IMG/VR virus record: IMGVR_UViG_3300033997_000066
Span: 1-43,148 of that record
Direction: 5' to 3' (one strand)
Source of the DNA: a virus
DNA length: 43,148 nucleotides
Positions within the stretch are counted from its first letter, which is position 1, and each line of letters starts with the position of its first letter. The notes below the pieces were generated by a model, which worked only from the letters and a program-made list of their open reading frames with translations, made no database searches and was not told the DNA's origin. Position numbers and translations under genes: made by a program. Shown in pieces: positions 24,346 through 33,550 of the stretch.

Positions 24346-25747
24346 AGCGCCGCCGCCCAGCATGAACTTTGCGCGCCCACGCCATCGGCGCCGCGTACCC
24401 GCGTTTGCGCCCAAGGGTCACCAGTTCGTCAAGCGTTTTGGCCATCGCCTGTTCAGCCTGCAGGCGCGCCCTGGTGGCTTTCTTGTCGGCCTCGCTCAGT
24501 TTCTTCAGCTCGCCTTCGGCTACGGCCTCGGGCTTGTATTCCGCCACCAGGCGTTTGTCGCAGTGCGGGCAGCACTCGGGTAGCGGCCGCTTGATCTGCC
24601 TGAAACAGCCCTCGCAGGTGACTGGCGGTGGTGGCCCGTTGTCGTTCGCTGCCTTGCCGCCACCGCCGTTGCCGTCCAGCGACCAGTCGCGCACGTCGTC
24701 AGGGAAGCCGTGGCGCGAACTGTTGCCCGCGTGGTCCAGAATGATGCCGGTCTTCCCAGGCTTCGGGCGCATGCAGCGCATGGATTCCTGTAGGTACTTG
24801 GACAGCGATTGCGTGGGGTTAGCCAGTATCACGGCGTCGATGGTCACAGGCTTGCCAGCCCAGGCCGACAGGTCGAAGCCCTCGCCGAATAGGCCGACGT
24901 TCCACAGCACCTTCACCTTGCCGTCTGCATAGTCCTTGATGGTGCGCTGCCGTTCGCCGTCGTCGGTGCCGCCGTCCAGGTGCGCGGCTGGAATGCCGGC
25001 CATGTTGAATTGCTGCGTCATGTACTGCGAGTGCGCGACGTTCACCGCGTAGCCCACAGTCAGCAGGCCGTCAGCGTGCTTGCGCCAGTGCGAAATCATG
25101 TCGCCGGTCAGCTTCGGTTCGCGCATGCGCTGTTCGCTGTCTTTCTTGGCGTAGTCGCCCATCTGCTTGCGCACGCCCTTCATGCTGGGTGCGCCTGGGG
25201 CGAAAATCTCATACGGCGCCAGGTTGCCCATGGCGATCAGCTCGGCCGTGGTTGGACCCAGCACCATTTCATCGAAGTATTCGCCCAGGCCGGTGCCATC
25301 CAGGCGCCACGGCGTGCCGGTCAGGCCGATGTGCTTTGCGTTCGGCCACGCCTCCATGATGGCTGCCCATCCGGCTGCGCCGATGTGGTGGCATTCGTCC
25401 CATATGACGGCGCGCGGCTCTGGCAGCTTCAGAATGCGGTTCTTCAGCGTGTCGATGCTGCACACCTGGGTCAGCGCATTGACGTACATGGGCCGTCCAG
25501 CCGCGATGAAACTGTGAGGTAACCCGCAGTCGTTGAACGTGCCGCTGGTCTGCTTCAGCAGCTCGGCACGGTGGCAGTTGAAGAACGTCTGCCTGCCCTG
25601 GCTGGCGAATGCCTGGGCGATGAAAGCCGCAATGACGGTCTTGCCACCACCAGGCGGCAGCACGACCAGGACGCGGCGAACACGGCGCAGGGCCTGGCCG
25701 GTGCGGGCCACAAGGTCCTGCTGATAGTCACGCAAACTAATAGCCAT
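24344..25747 (-). CDS. Superfamily-2 DEAD/DEAH-box helicase with a C-terminal zinc ribbon
   Basis: 467 aa. Walker A: LPPGGGKT. Motif II: VIWDECHH. C-terminal zinc ribbon: CEGC...CCPHC. Confidence 0.9.
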   Translation of the reverse strand: MAISLRDYQQDLVARTGQALRRVRRVLVVLPPGGGKTVIAAFIAQAFASQGRQTFFNCHRAELLKQTSGTFNDCGLPHSFIAAGRPMYVNALTQVCSIDTLKNRILKLPEPRAVIWDECHHIGAAGWAAIMEAWPNAKHIGLTGTPWRLDGTGLGEYFDEMVLGPTTAELIAMGNLAPYEIFAPGAPSMKGVRKQMGDYAKKDSEQRMREPKLTGDMISHWRKHADGLLTVGYAVNVAHSQYMTQQFNMAGIPAAHLDGGTDDGERQRTIKDYADGKVKVLWNVGLFGEGFDLSAWAGKPVTIDAVILANPTQSLSKYLQESMRCMRPKPGKTGIILDHAGNSSRHGFPDDVRDWSLDGNGGGGKAANDNGPPPPVTCEGCFRQIKRPLPECCPHCDKRLVAEYKPEAVAEGELKKLSEADKKATRARLQAEQAMAKTLDELVTLGRKRGYAAPMAWARKVHAGRRR

Positions 25748-25813
25748 AATTCGGGATCATCTTAGGTCACTGGTGAACATGGTAAGTATACAGAAGTAAC
25801 GGGAGGTAACGCC

Positions 25814-26221
25814 ATGCCCAAGACCATAATTCATGCCCAGCACCGCAAAGTCGTGCTGAAGATGACCATAGAAATCATCGTGACGTTCTGTAAAGCCTAT
25901 TTCGACGGCGAGAAGCCGGCCGACCGCGTGAACGACATGCTGATATGCGCGGCCATACTGGTGGGCCAGGTCGAAGGTCATCCGCTCAATGCGTCTAAGG
26001 TTTCGGAGTGGGTGGCGATGGCCAGGCCGACGGTTATCAGGCGCCTTGCTGTCCTTGAGAAAAAGGGCTTCGTGGTGCGCGCAGGAAGGACGTTCAAGCT
26101 TCGTCACGAAGTCGTGAACAGCGAACGGGTTGTGGCGTCCGGCATGGTCGCGCGCGAGGCGATATTCACAGCCTGCGCGCAACTGTCCAAACTGGACAGT
26201 AAGCCCGTTGCCAGACCGTGA
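25814..26221 (+). CDS. Winged-helix (MarR-like) transcriptional regulator
   Basis: 135 aa. LNASKVSEWVAMARPTVIRRLAVLEKKGFVVRAG is wHTH-like. GGGAGG lies 7 nt upstream. It is the first gene of the rightward operon, divergent from the helicase. Confidence 0.65.
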   Translation: MPKTIIHAQHRKVVLKMTIEIIVTFCKAYFDGEKPADRVNDMLICAAILVGQVEGHPLNASKVSEWVAMARPTVIRRLAVLEKKGFVVRAGRTFKLRHEVVNSERVVASGMVAREAIFTACAQLSKLDSKPVARP

Positions 26222-26339
26222 ACCTTAGCAATATTTTTACTTCTGATGATCTTGGGTTATGGGGTTGCAACGGCAATGAATACTGCGTTATTCTTCACTC
26301 GCCATCACGGCCAATAACCAACAATCACGGAATCCAACC

Positions 26340-27509
26340 ATGAAACCAGGCGTTTACGCGGGCATTCCAAATGCCGAGTACCACGGCGGCCCCGGCATTT
26401 CGAAGTCGGGCCTTGACCTAATCCACCGCAGCCCGATGCACTACCACGCGGTAGTCACTGCCGCGAACGACAACCACGAAAGCACCGCAGCCCAGGCCAT
26501 CGGCACTGCAGCGCACATGCTCATTCTTGAGCCTGCCGAGTTCGTGAAGAACTACTGCCTTGGCCTGCGCCCGCAGGACGTGCCGCACGCCATTGAAGAC
26601 CGCGACCAGCTGGTGGCGATGGTGGCGAAGCTGAACGAAGGGCGACTGCCGAAGCTGACCACTGGCGGCGCAAAGGCCGAACAGGTGGCACGCATCGTGG
26701 AAGCCTACGCGGTCGCACCGGCCGACTTTATCCGCGCTACCGCTGAAGAACTGGAAGCCCTGAAGGGCGCCGAACTGAAAGCCGAACTGGAAGCGCTGAA
26801 CGAACACCGCGCCGGCCTGCTGTCCACCAGCGGCAACCGCCACGAACTCGCCGAACTGCTGCGCGCCAACGGCGTAGAAGTCACCCTGTGGTCGGACGTG
26901 CAGGCGGAATGGCTGCAGAACAACCAGGGCCGCACCGTGCTGACGCAGGACCAGTGGGAACAGCTGCATGCCATGCGTGACGCGGTTATGGCGCACCCGG
27001 CTGCCAGGGGAGTGCTTGAGCGCGGGAACAACATGGTGGTGGACCTGAAGACCACCGACGACGCCAGCCTGGACGGCTTCAGCCGCTCGATTGCCAACTG
27101 GCGCTATGACGTGCAGCATCCGTACTACCTGGACGGCCTGCGCGAAGCCATCAGCCAGAGCGGTGGCGTAATCCCCGAAGCTGCAGTGGATGGCGCCGCC
27201 GAACTGTCGGCTTACTGGGTTGACCAGGAAACTGGCGTGCTGTGCCGCTGCCGACCAGACTTCTGGCGCGGCGAGCCGAAGCACTTCATCTTCATAGCGG
27301 TGGAGAAGAAAAAGCCCTACGCGGTTGGCGTGTACAAGCTGGACGAAGAAAGCGTGGAGCTGGGCCGCGCCGTCTATCGCGGCGACCTGCGCGTGTATGC
27401 CGAGTGCAAGGCGAACGACAACTGGCCTGGATACGGCGACAAAATCCAGACCATCAGCGTGCCAGGCTGGCATGCCAACAAGAACGCGCACCTGCTCGAC
27501 GCGCAGTAA
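26340..27509 (+). CDS. PD-(D/E)XK recombination exonuclease, RecE C-terminal/DUF3799 family
   Basis: 389 aa. Family motifs present: YAGIPNAEYHGGPGISKSGLDL...SPMHY, IGTAAHMLILEP, VVDLKTT, RYDVQHPYYLDGL, CRCRPDFW, FIAVEKKKPYAVGVY, WPGY. The motif order looks unusual (see findings). Confidence 0.8.
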   Translation: MKPGVYAGIPNAEYHGGPGISKSGLDLIHRSPMHYHAVVTAANDNHESTAAQAIGTAAHMLILEPAEFVKNYCLGLRPQDVPHAIEDRDQLVAMVAKLNEGRLPKLTTGGAKAEQVARIVEAYAVAPADFIRATAEELEALKGAELKAELEALNEHRAGLLSTSGNRHELAELLRANGVEVTLWSDVQAEWLQNNQGRTVLTQDQWEQLHAMRDAVMAHPAARGVLERGNNMVVDLKTTDDASLDGFSRSIANWRYDVQHPYYLDGLREAISQSGGVIPEAAVDGAAELSAYWVDQETGVLCRCRPDFWRGEPKHFIFIAVEKKKPYAVGVYKLDEESVELGRAVYRGDLRVYAECKANDNWPGYGDKIQTISVPGWHANKNAHLLDAQ

Positions 27510-27537
27510 TCAATCACTGAACGAGAACCAATAGAAA

Positions 27538-28515
27538 ATGTCTATCTTCAAGATCGAAGACGCCGAACGCGAAGGCGCGCGGCTGGTCGTTGGCATCGCT
27601 GGTGTCAGCGGCAGCGGAAAGACGCACAGCGCCCTGCTGCTGGCGTGGGGCATGGCCAACTACAACAGCCAGAAAGTCGGCCTGCTGTGCACCGAAAACC
27701 GCCGTGGCCGCATGTACTCCGACATTCTGGTGGACGGAAAGGGCAAGGTGCACAAGTTCAAGGTCATCGACATGCCGCCGCCATACAGCCCACAGCGGTA
27801 TATCGAAGCTATCAAGGCGTTCGCCGACTACGGCGTGGAAGTCATCGTGATTGATAGCGTCAGTCACGAATGGGAAGGGCAGGGCGGCTGCGAAGACATT
27901 GCCCACGCTGGCAGCCCGCGTAACCCGAAGTGGAACGAAGCCAAGCGCGAGCACAAATCGTTCATGAACGCCATGCTGCAGTCGCCGGCCCATATCATCG
28001 CCTGCCTGCGCGCCCGCGAGAAAGTGAAGCTGGAAAAGCGCGACGGGAAAACCGAGTATGTGCCGCAGGGCGTCATGGCCATTCAGGAAAAGAACTTCAC
28101 GTTTGAGCTGACCGCCAGCTTGATGATGTGGAACGGCGGAAAGTCGCGCGAAATCCTGAAGTGCCCAAGCGACCTGGTGCCGATCTTCGGCAACCCTGGC
28201 GAATGGGCTGATGGCTACTTGGGCCACGAACACGGCAAGATGCTGCGCGACTGGGTGGACGGCGGCAAGCAGCTTGACCCTGAAATCCAGCATGCACGCG
28301 ACCTGATGCAGATGGCGTGCGAACAGGGCCTGGAAGCCATGCAGGCCGAATGGGGCAAGCTGTCGAAGAAAGCGCAAAAGGCGCTCAAAGACGACGGCAC
28401 CCTGGATACCCTGAAGGCGTCGGCCAAAGCCTTCGATGACCAGCGCACCAGTGGCGGCGACGCTGACCTGGACGACCTCAACGCAGAAATCATGGCCGAA
28501 CACGGCCAGGCGTAA
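27538..28515 (+). CDS. Sak4-like RecA-fold ATPase (AAA_24 family) recombination protein
   Basis: 325 aa. Walker A: GVSGSGKT. Walker B-like: VIVIDSVSHEWEG. It lies between the exonuclease and SSB. Confidence 0.8.
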   Translation: MSIFKIEDAEREGARLVVGIAGVSGSGKTHSALLLAWGMANYNSQKVGLLCTENRRGRMYSDILVDGKGKVHKFKVIDMPPPYSPQRYIEAIKAFADYGVEVIVIDSVSHEWEGQGGCEDIAHAGSPRNPKWNEAKREHKSFMNAMLQSPAHIIACLRAREKVKLEKRDGKTEYVPQGVMAIQEKNFTFELTASLMMWNGGKSREILKCPSDLVPIFGNPGEWADGYLGHEHGKMLRDWVDGGKQLDPEIQHARDLMQMACEQGLEAMQAEWGKLSKKAQKALKDDGTLDTLKASAKAFDDQRTSGGDADLDDLNAEIMAEHGQA

Positions 28516-28536
28516 CCGAAAGAAAGGAACCGAGAA

Positions 28537-28755
28537 ATGGGACAAGCTGCCGAGTATCTGACGCCGGCCGAACTGGCGAAACGCTGGAACGACGCGGTGA
28601 CCACCGGCACCCTGGCGAACTGGCGCAGTAAGGGCATCGGCCCTGCCTTCGCCAAGTTCGGCAGCCGTGTCCGCTATCCGCTGGCAAAGGTAATCGCGTG
28701 GGAAGCGGTGAACCTGCACGGCGCAAACGACAACACCGAGGCTATCAACAAATGA
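28537..28755 (+). CDS. Excisionase/AlpA-type (MerR-superfamily) HTH protein
   Basis: 72 aa. The HTH is LTPAELAKRWNDAVTTGTLANWRSKGIGP.F.K.GSRVRY. Confidence 0.65.
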   Translation: MGQAAEYLTPAELAKRWNDAVTTGTLANWRSKGIGPAFAKFGSRVRYPLAKVIAWEAVNLHGANDNTEAINK

Positions 28756-29090
28756 AAGTGAATCCTGGTTACGAAACCCTGGCGAACGTACTGCAGCGCG
28801 CACTGGACCAGGCGCAAGCCGGCAAGGGCGCCGAGCGTCACGCCGACAGTAAGCCATTCGCCCAGCAACCCATGCAGACTATCGCTGGCCAGGTCGGGCC
28901 TGGTTTCTTGAGTGGCCAGGCCATCAAGAAAATCCAGGAAAGCCAGCAGCTGCCAGCTGGTCGCGACGTGGCCGAACTGCTGGGCGCCATCAACTATCTG
29001 GCCGGCCTGGTCATCTTCCTGGAAATGGCGCGGCTCGGCCGGCAGGCTAACGACAACGCACCAGCAGGGCAGGCGCTCGCCGATGGCTGA
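28752..29090 (+). CDS. Hypothetical protein (112 aa)
   Basis: I use the ATG at 28752, overlapping the previous stop (ATGA), rather than the track start 28698. Contains GKGAERH. The family is uncertain. Confidence 0.5.
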   Translation: MKVNPGYETLANVLQRALDQAQAGKGAERHADSKPFAQQPMQTIAGQVGPGFLSGQAIKKIQESQQLPAGRDVAELLGAINYLAGLVIFLEMARLGRQANDNAPAGQALADG

Positions 29091-29292
29091 TATATTCGAC
29101 CAAGCAAGCGAGCGCGAAACACGCGACCGCGAACTGGCCATCCAGGCTGTGCTGCGCGCCAGTAGCATTGGCTTACTGACGCCGAATGGCCGCTGCTACA
29201 ACTGCCAGGAAGCTGTCGGCAGGCACCAGCTGTTTTGCGACAGCGACTGCAGCGCGTACCACGAACAACGACAGCGCGCACGGCGCTACTGA
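29083..29292 (+). CDS. TraR/DksA-type C4 zinc-finger protein
   Basis: 69 aa from the internal ATG. CYNCQEAVG...FCDSDCSAYHEQ is the typical phage TraR layout. Confidence 0.65.
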   Translation: MADIFDQASERETRDRELAIQAVLRASSIGLLTPNGRCYNCQEAVGRHQLFCDSDCSAYHEQRQRARRY

Positions 29293-29344
29293 AACCAATT
29301 GCGGCCGGCAGGCGTCGGCCGCTTCACCATGAGGTAACGCCAGC

Positions 29345-29851
29345 ATGGCTGGATTGAACAAAGTGGAAATCATCGGGCGCCTGGGGAATGACCCTGAAGT
29401 GCGCTATGCCAACAACGGCAACGCCATCACGAACATCAGCCTGGCCACGTCCGAAACCTGGACCGACAACCAGGGCCAGAAGCAGGAAAAGACCGAGTGG
29501 CACCGCGTCGTGTTCTTCGGCAAGGTCGCGGAAATCGCGGGCGAGTATCTGCGCAAGGGTTCCGAATGCTACGTGTGCGGCAAGCTGGTGACCCGCAAGT
29601 GGCAGGACAACAACGGCCAGGACAAATACACCACCGAAATTGTGGTGGATGGCTTCGACGGCCGGCGCCTGCTTCTGATTGGCGGCCGACCTCAGAACGA
29701 CAACAACCAGGGCGGCCAGCAGCGCCAGCAGCCGCAACAGCGGCCACAGGGCCAGGGCCAGGGCCAGCAGCGACCACAGCAGCAACGCCCGCAGCAGCCT
29801 GCGCCGTCGCAGCACGACGTGAACAGCTATGACGATGATATTCCGTTCTAG
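29345..29851 (+). CDS. ssb: Single-stranded DNA-binding protein
   Basis: 168 aa. OB fold: [33 protein letters not shown]...[12 protein letters not shown]. It has a Gly/Gln/Pro-rich tail ending in DDDIPF. Confidence 0.95.
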   Translation: MAGLNKVEIIGRLGNDPEVRYANNGNAITNISLATSETWTDNQGQKQEKTEWHRVVFFGKVAEIAGEYLRKGSECYVCGKLVTRKWQDNNGQDKYTTEIVVDGFDGRRLLLIGGRPQNDNNQGGQQRQQPQQRPQGQGQGQQRPQQQRPQQPAPSQHDVNSYDDDIPF

Positions 29852-29873
29852 TTCTAAGTAGAGCACTGCTTAT

Positions 29874-29903
29874 AGCCCGTCGTTATTGTCGGGCTTTTCT
29901 TTG
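29874..29903 (+). terminator. Stem-loop plus T-tract after ssb
   Basis: AGCCCG - 10 nt - CGGGCT followed by TTTCTTTG. Confidence 0.55.
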
Positions 29904-29948
29904 CGCGCTTAGTATTCCTATGCGTTTAAACACACTGAGACTTGAACC

Positions 29949-30650
29949 ATGAACCGCGAAACTTGGCTTAACCTGCTGGCGCAGAAGATGGCGCCGCGCT
30001 TCGATGAAATGGGTTTCCCGCTGCCCAAATTCCGCGTGTCGGTCGGCTTCGGCGCAGCTGGCCAGCGGTCTGCGACAGCTGCCGAAGTCTGGCACTCCAG
30101 CGTCAGCGAAGACGGCACCTTTGAAATCCTGATAATGCCGGACCAGGTGGACGCCGACCTGGTGGCCTGTCACCTGGCGCACGAACTGACCCATACGGCC
30201 GTTGGCTTCGACCAGGGGCACAAGGGCAACTTTGCTAAGGTGGCGCTGGCACTGGGAATGAACCGGCCTATGACCGCGACCACGCCAGGCCCAGCGTTCA
30301 AGGAATGGGTGGCGCCGTTCCTGGCCGAACTCGGGGCAATGCCCCATGCCAAGCTGCGCTTTGACCGTGGCATGTCGAAGCCGGCGCCGCGCAAGCCCAA
30401 GGCAGGCGAAGACGGCGAGCGCTCGCAGGATGACCAGGCCGACCAGGAACAGCGGCCAGCTGTGCCGCGCAGGGCAGGGGAAAGCACCAGGCCGCCGAAG
30501 CAAACCACCCGGCTGAAGAAAGCCGAATGCAGCCAGTGCGGCTACACGGTGCGGGTGACGCAGCGCTGGCTGGAAGTCGGCCCGCCACACTGCCCGCAGC
30601 ATGGCGCCATGGACGTTGACGTGGACCTGCCTGACGAAGCCGGCGAGTAA
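29949..30650 (+). CDS. SprT/ArdC-like zinc metalloprotease domain with a C-terminal zinc ribbon
   Basis: 233 aa. HExxH motif: CHLAHELTHTAVG. A charged low-complexity linker follows. Zinc ribbon: CSQCGY...HCPQHG. Confidence 0.7.
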   Translation: MNRETWLNLLAQKMAPRFDEMGFPLPKFRVSVGFGAAGQRSATAAEVWHSSVSEDGTFEILIMPDQVDADLVACHLAHELTHTAVGFDQGHKGNFAKVALALGMNRPMTATTPGPAFKEWVAPFLAELGAMPHAKLRFDRGMSKPAPRKPKAGEDGERSQDDQADQEQRPAVPRRAGESTRPPKQTTRLKKAECSQCGYTVRVTQRWLEVGPPHCPQHGAMDVDVDLPDEAGE

Positions 30651-30651
30651 C

Positions 30652-30680
30652 AAAAACCCCGCCACTCGGCGGGGTTCTTG
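30652..30680. terminator. Bidirectional intrinsic terminator between the convergent SprT-like and int genes
   Basis: AAAAACCCCGCC-ACTC-GGCGGGGTTCTTGCTT. A/T tracts flank the hairpin on both sides. Confidence 0.75.
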
Positions 30681-30682
30681 CT

Positions 30683-31921
30683 TCAGGCTGCCAGGTCGTC
30701 CGCCTGGTCCGGCTCCAGCGCCTTGGCTAGCCAGACTTCCCATTTGCCCATCGCCTCGCGCATCTGCGGCAGGTAGTCGTACCGGTCGTAATGCTTGCTG
30801 CCGGTGTCGGTCCTGGCGTGCTGCTGGATCAGGTCGCGGGTGAAACGGTCAATACCCGCATCGCCGGCCCGCGACTTCCAGGTGCGGCGCAGGTCGCGCG
30901 GCTGGAAAGGCATGATGCCTTCCATGCGGCTGGCGCCACGGCTCACGCTGGGGATGCCGACCACGGCGCCCTTGGCCCCAGCCCTGGCGGGGAACAGCCA
31001 GCCGTTGCCGCCCATGGCAATCAGCTGCTGGAACAGTGCCACGGCCTGCGCCGTCAGCGGCACCAGGTGCATGGTCTTTCGGCCCTTCGTCTTGTGGGCG
31101 GGGATGGTCCACAGCCTGGCTTTCAGGTCCACGTCGCAGCCCTCGACCGTCAGGCACTCTTTCACCCGCTGGCCGGTGGCGAGCACCAGGCGCAGCACGT
31201 CGCCGGTCTGGTCGGGCGCCGTGTTCCACACGTGGCGAACTTCGTCGGCCGTCAGGTTGCGTTCGCGAGTGTTGTTCGCTGCCTTGTCGCGCGGCACGGC
31301 TGCAACAGGGTTGTACTTCAGGCCCCAGTCGGTGCGGTGCTCAATGGTGTAATCGTTCGTGGACTTCATGCCCCAGGTGAAGGCTGCAGCCATGGCCGTG
31401 CGCTGCATGTCGGTGGTGCGCCTGGCGCCACGCTTCATGCCCTTGGCCAGCAGCGTGGCAATGTCGGCCGGCTCGACTTCGGCAGCTGGGCGGTTCCTGC
31501 CCAGGCCGTCAGCGGCGCTGTACTTGCCAGTCAGCAGCAGGCGTTCTGACTCGCCCGCGCTGGACGCGCCCCGGTCCTTCAGCGTCTGGATGTAACCCTG
31601 GAACAGCTTTTCGACGGTCGGCGAATCGACGCGGACCACGACAGCGTTAGGGTCGCGGCCGGCCAGCAGCAGGTCGCGCACTTCGTCTTCGAACTTGCGG
31701 CGCGCGTCGGCCAGGCCCAGGTCGGGGTATCGGCCAAGCGTCTTGCTGACCTGTTTCTTGTCGCTCCACCACACGGCAAACCAGGTGGCGTTCGGCCCCT
31801 TGGCGCCAAGCCGGATGCGTAGGCGAAGGCTGCCACCACCACGGCCGGCAGCGCTGTCGTTCAAAACGGTTTCACTGGTCACGTTGCGGATGGCGGCTTG
31901 TATCTGGCGTTCGGTAAGCAC
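30683..31921 (-). CDS. int: Tyrosine integrase, P4-type (N-terminal DUF4102-like arm-binding domain)
   Basis: 412 aa. N-terminus: LTERQIQAAIRN...GSLRLRI...WFAVWW...LGRYPDLGLADARRKFE. The catalytic domain has R..., HDLRRT and a C-terminal HY...Y region. GTG start with GGGAG upstream. Confidence 0.95.
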   Translation of the reverse strand: MLTERQIQAAIRNVTSETVLNDSAAGRGGGSLRLRIRLGAKGPNATWFAVWWSDKKQVSKTLGRYPDLGLADARRKFEDEVRDLLLAGRDPNAVVVRVDSPTVEKLFQGYIQTLKDRGASSAGESERLLLTGKYSAADGLGRNRPAAEVEPADIATLLAKGMKRGARRTTDMQRTAMAAAFTWGMKSTNDYTIEHRTDWGLKYNPVAAVPRDKAANNTRERNLTADEVRHVWNTAPDQTGDVLRLVLATGQRVKECLTVEGCDVDLKARLWTIPAHKTKGRKTMHLVPLTAQAVALFQQLIAMGGNGWLFPARAGAKGAVVGIPSVSRGASRMEGIMPFQPRDLRRTWKSRAGDAGIDRFTRDLIQQHARTDTGSKHYDRYDYLPQMREAMGKWEVWLAKALEPDQADDLAA

Positions 31922-31935
31922 GGCGGCTGGCTCCC

Positions 31936-31973
31936 AAATTAGGGTATGGTTCAGGGTACGGTTCGGCAGAAGC
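31936..31973 (+). repeat. attP arm-type repeat 1 (contains two TAGGGTAYGGTT units)
   Basis: aaattagggtatggttcagggtacggttcggcagaagc is 34/38 identical to 32159..32196. A further TAGGGT half-unit lies at 32051..32056. Confidence 0.6.
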
Positions 31974-32158
31974 GAAAATGCTTATCGTTCGTAATCACTT
32001 AACCCGCAGGCCACAAGATAGCTTAATGATATCAGTGGCTTAGCGTTATTTAGGGTGACTACAAATTACTGCCGGTGAACCATTTTTAACCGCCTTCTAA
32101 GCAGTTTGCAAGCACTCAAATACCGTAGGAAAAACAAGCACTTAGGCGAAACGCAGAA

Positions 32159-32196
32159 AAATTAGGGTACGGTTTAGGGTACGGTTAGGCAAAAGC
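32159..32196 (+). repeat. attP arm-type repeat 2
   Basis: aaattagggtacggtttagggtacggttaggcaaaagc, in the same orientation as repeat 1, about 220 bp away. Confidence 0.6.
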
Positions 32197-32223
32197 TTCA
32201 CCCTGATTCACCCGGCGTAATCA

Positions 32224-32300
<77 letters not shown>

Positions 32301-33350
32301 TCACTCTGCCTTCACCTCGACTTCGGGCTGTTCTTCCTTGTTCGGCTTCTCGGCCTCCAGGTCGCAGACATAGCCACCCGACGCATCCAGCCGATGGGTC
32401 ACCCGGCTGATAAGCCACTCACCATCCACGCCAGGCCGGAATGCTGCCAGGGTCAGCGGGCATTCGGCGGCGATCAGCGGCGAGCCGGTGCAGGTCAGCG
32501 CCACTGTCTGTTCGCCGCGCTCGCGCTTCGACAGCTCGGCCCGCGCAGCCGCCAGGGCCATTTCCTGGGTCGGGTAGTATTGTTTCAGCCGGCGCACCGG
32601 CTCACCCTTGCCCACCTTCACTTCGTTGCGCTTGGCCTGCTTCACGGCGTGCCAGTAGGCCACCACCATGCCGGCCGTCTCGCGCTTGGCCAGGACCATG
32701 CGCCAGGCTGTGCAGTCGGTGGGAACCAGGGCCACAGACGCCAGCGTCTCGCCGCTCACCGACTTGGATTCGCCCCGCTTGGCCAGGACCAGCTTGCCGT
32801 TCGCAGGCTTCACCACGGCGTCGTATTTCTTCGCCAGGCGCAGCAGCAGGTTGATGTCGGATTCGTCGGCCTGGTCGGTGTGCGGCAGAACAATGAACTT
32901 CAGCGACGCAGCCACGGCCGGTTCCATGCCGTGTTCCTTGGCGATCTTCGCCACCATGTCGCCCAGCTTGGTGCCCTTCGGCCAGCTTCGGGTTTTCTGC
33001 GTCTGCAGGTCGGACTTGCCGCCCTTCGACTTGTCGTAGGTGGCAGCCCTGGCCCTGATAACCATTTCACCAGGCCAGCCGGCCAGCTCCACTTCGTCGC
33101 AGACGAACAGGCCCATTGGCAGGTTCATGCCGTCGTAGCCAAGGGATAGCTGCAGCTCGGCGCCGGTCGGCGGAATGGCGATAGGCGCCAGCGGGTTGTT
33201 GTCGGCCAGGGTGATTTCCAACATGTCGGATTCCATGCCCACGGCGTCGGTCAGCGTCAGGCTGATGAACCGCGAGGCAATGGCGGCCGTAATGTCCACC
33301 TGGTCGGCTGTGATGCTCCAGGTTGGCTGGATGCCGCTTATCAGTCCCAC
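32301..33350 (-). CDS. Tail/late control protein D (P2 gpD-like)
   Basis: 349 aa. N-terminus [32 protein letters not shown] is a gpD hallmark. The stop codon abuts the tRNA CCA end. Confidence 0.9.
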   Translation of the reverse strand: MGLISGIQPTWSITADQVDITAAIASRFISLTLTDAVGMESDMLEITLADNNPLAPIAIPPTGAELQLSLGYDGMNLPMGLFVCDEVELAGWPGEMVIRARAATYDKSKGGKSDLQTQKTRSWPKGTKLGDMVAKIAKEHGMEPAVAASLKFIVLPHTDQADESDINLLLRLAKKYDAVVKPANGKLVLAKRGESKSVSGETLASVALVPTDCTAWRMVLAKRETAGMVVAYWHAVKQAKRNEVKVGKGEPVRRLKQYYPTQEMALAAARAELSKRERGEQTVALTCTGSPLIAAECPLTLAAFRPGVDGEWLISRVTHRLDASGGYVCDLEAEKPNKEEQPEVEVKAE

Positions 33351-33550
33351 AGGCGCACCGCCTGCACGGCCGTGGCCGGCTGCACGTCTGGAAGGGTGAC
33401 CAGGACGCCGGCCGGCAGCACCGGCCCACGGTCAGCCAGGCCGGGGTTCGCCTCCATCAGCTGTTCGACCACCTGGCCGTCCTGGGTGCCGTAGAACTTC
33501 CAGGCGATGTAGTCGGCGGTGTCGCCCTCGCTGGTGCGGTACTGCGTCAT
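33341..33550 (-). CDS. Tail protein X (P2 gpX-like, LysM-like)
   Basis: 69 aa. The pattern is YRTSEGDTADYIAWKFYG...VEQLMEANPGLAD..PVLPAGV.V.LP. Confidence 0.85.
   Translation of the reverse strand: MTQYRTSEGDTADYIAWKFYGTQDGQVVEQLMEANPGLADRGPVLPAGVLVTLPDVQPATAVQAVRLWD

Noticed and set aside
26418-28857. Minus-strand ORFs 26418..27491 (357 aa) and 27514..28857 (447 aa)
   Set aside because: They are antisense to the RecE-family exonuclease and the Sak4-like ATPase, which have clear motifs and RBSs. The shadow translations have no motifs.
29883-30743. 286-aa minus-strand ORF over the SprT-like gene
   Set aside because: It would run through the bidirectional terminator and has an Arg/Ala/Gly-biased composition. 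The plus-strand frame carries HExxH and a zinc ribbon.
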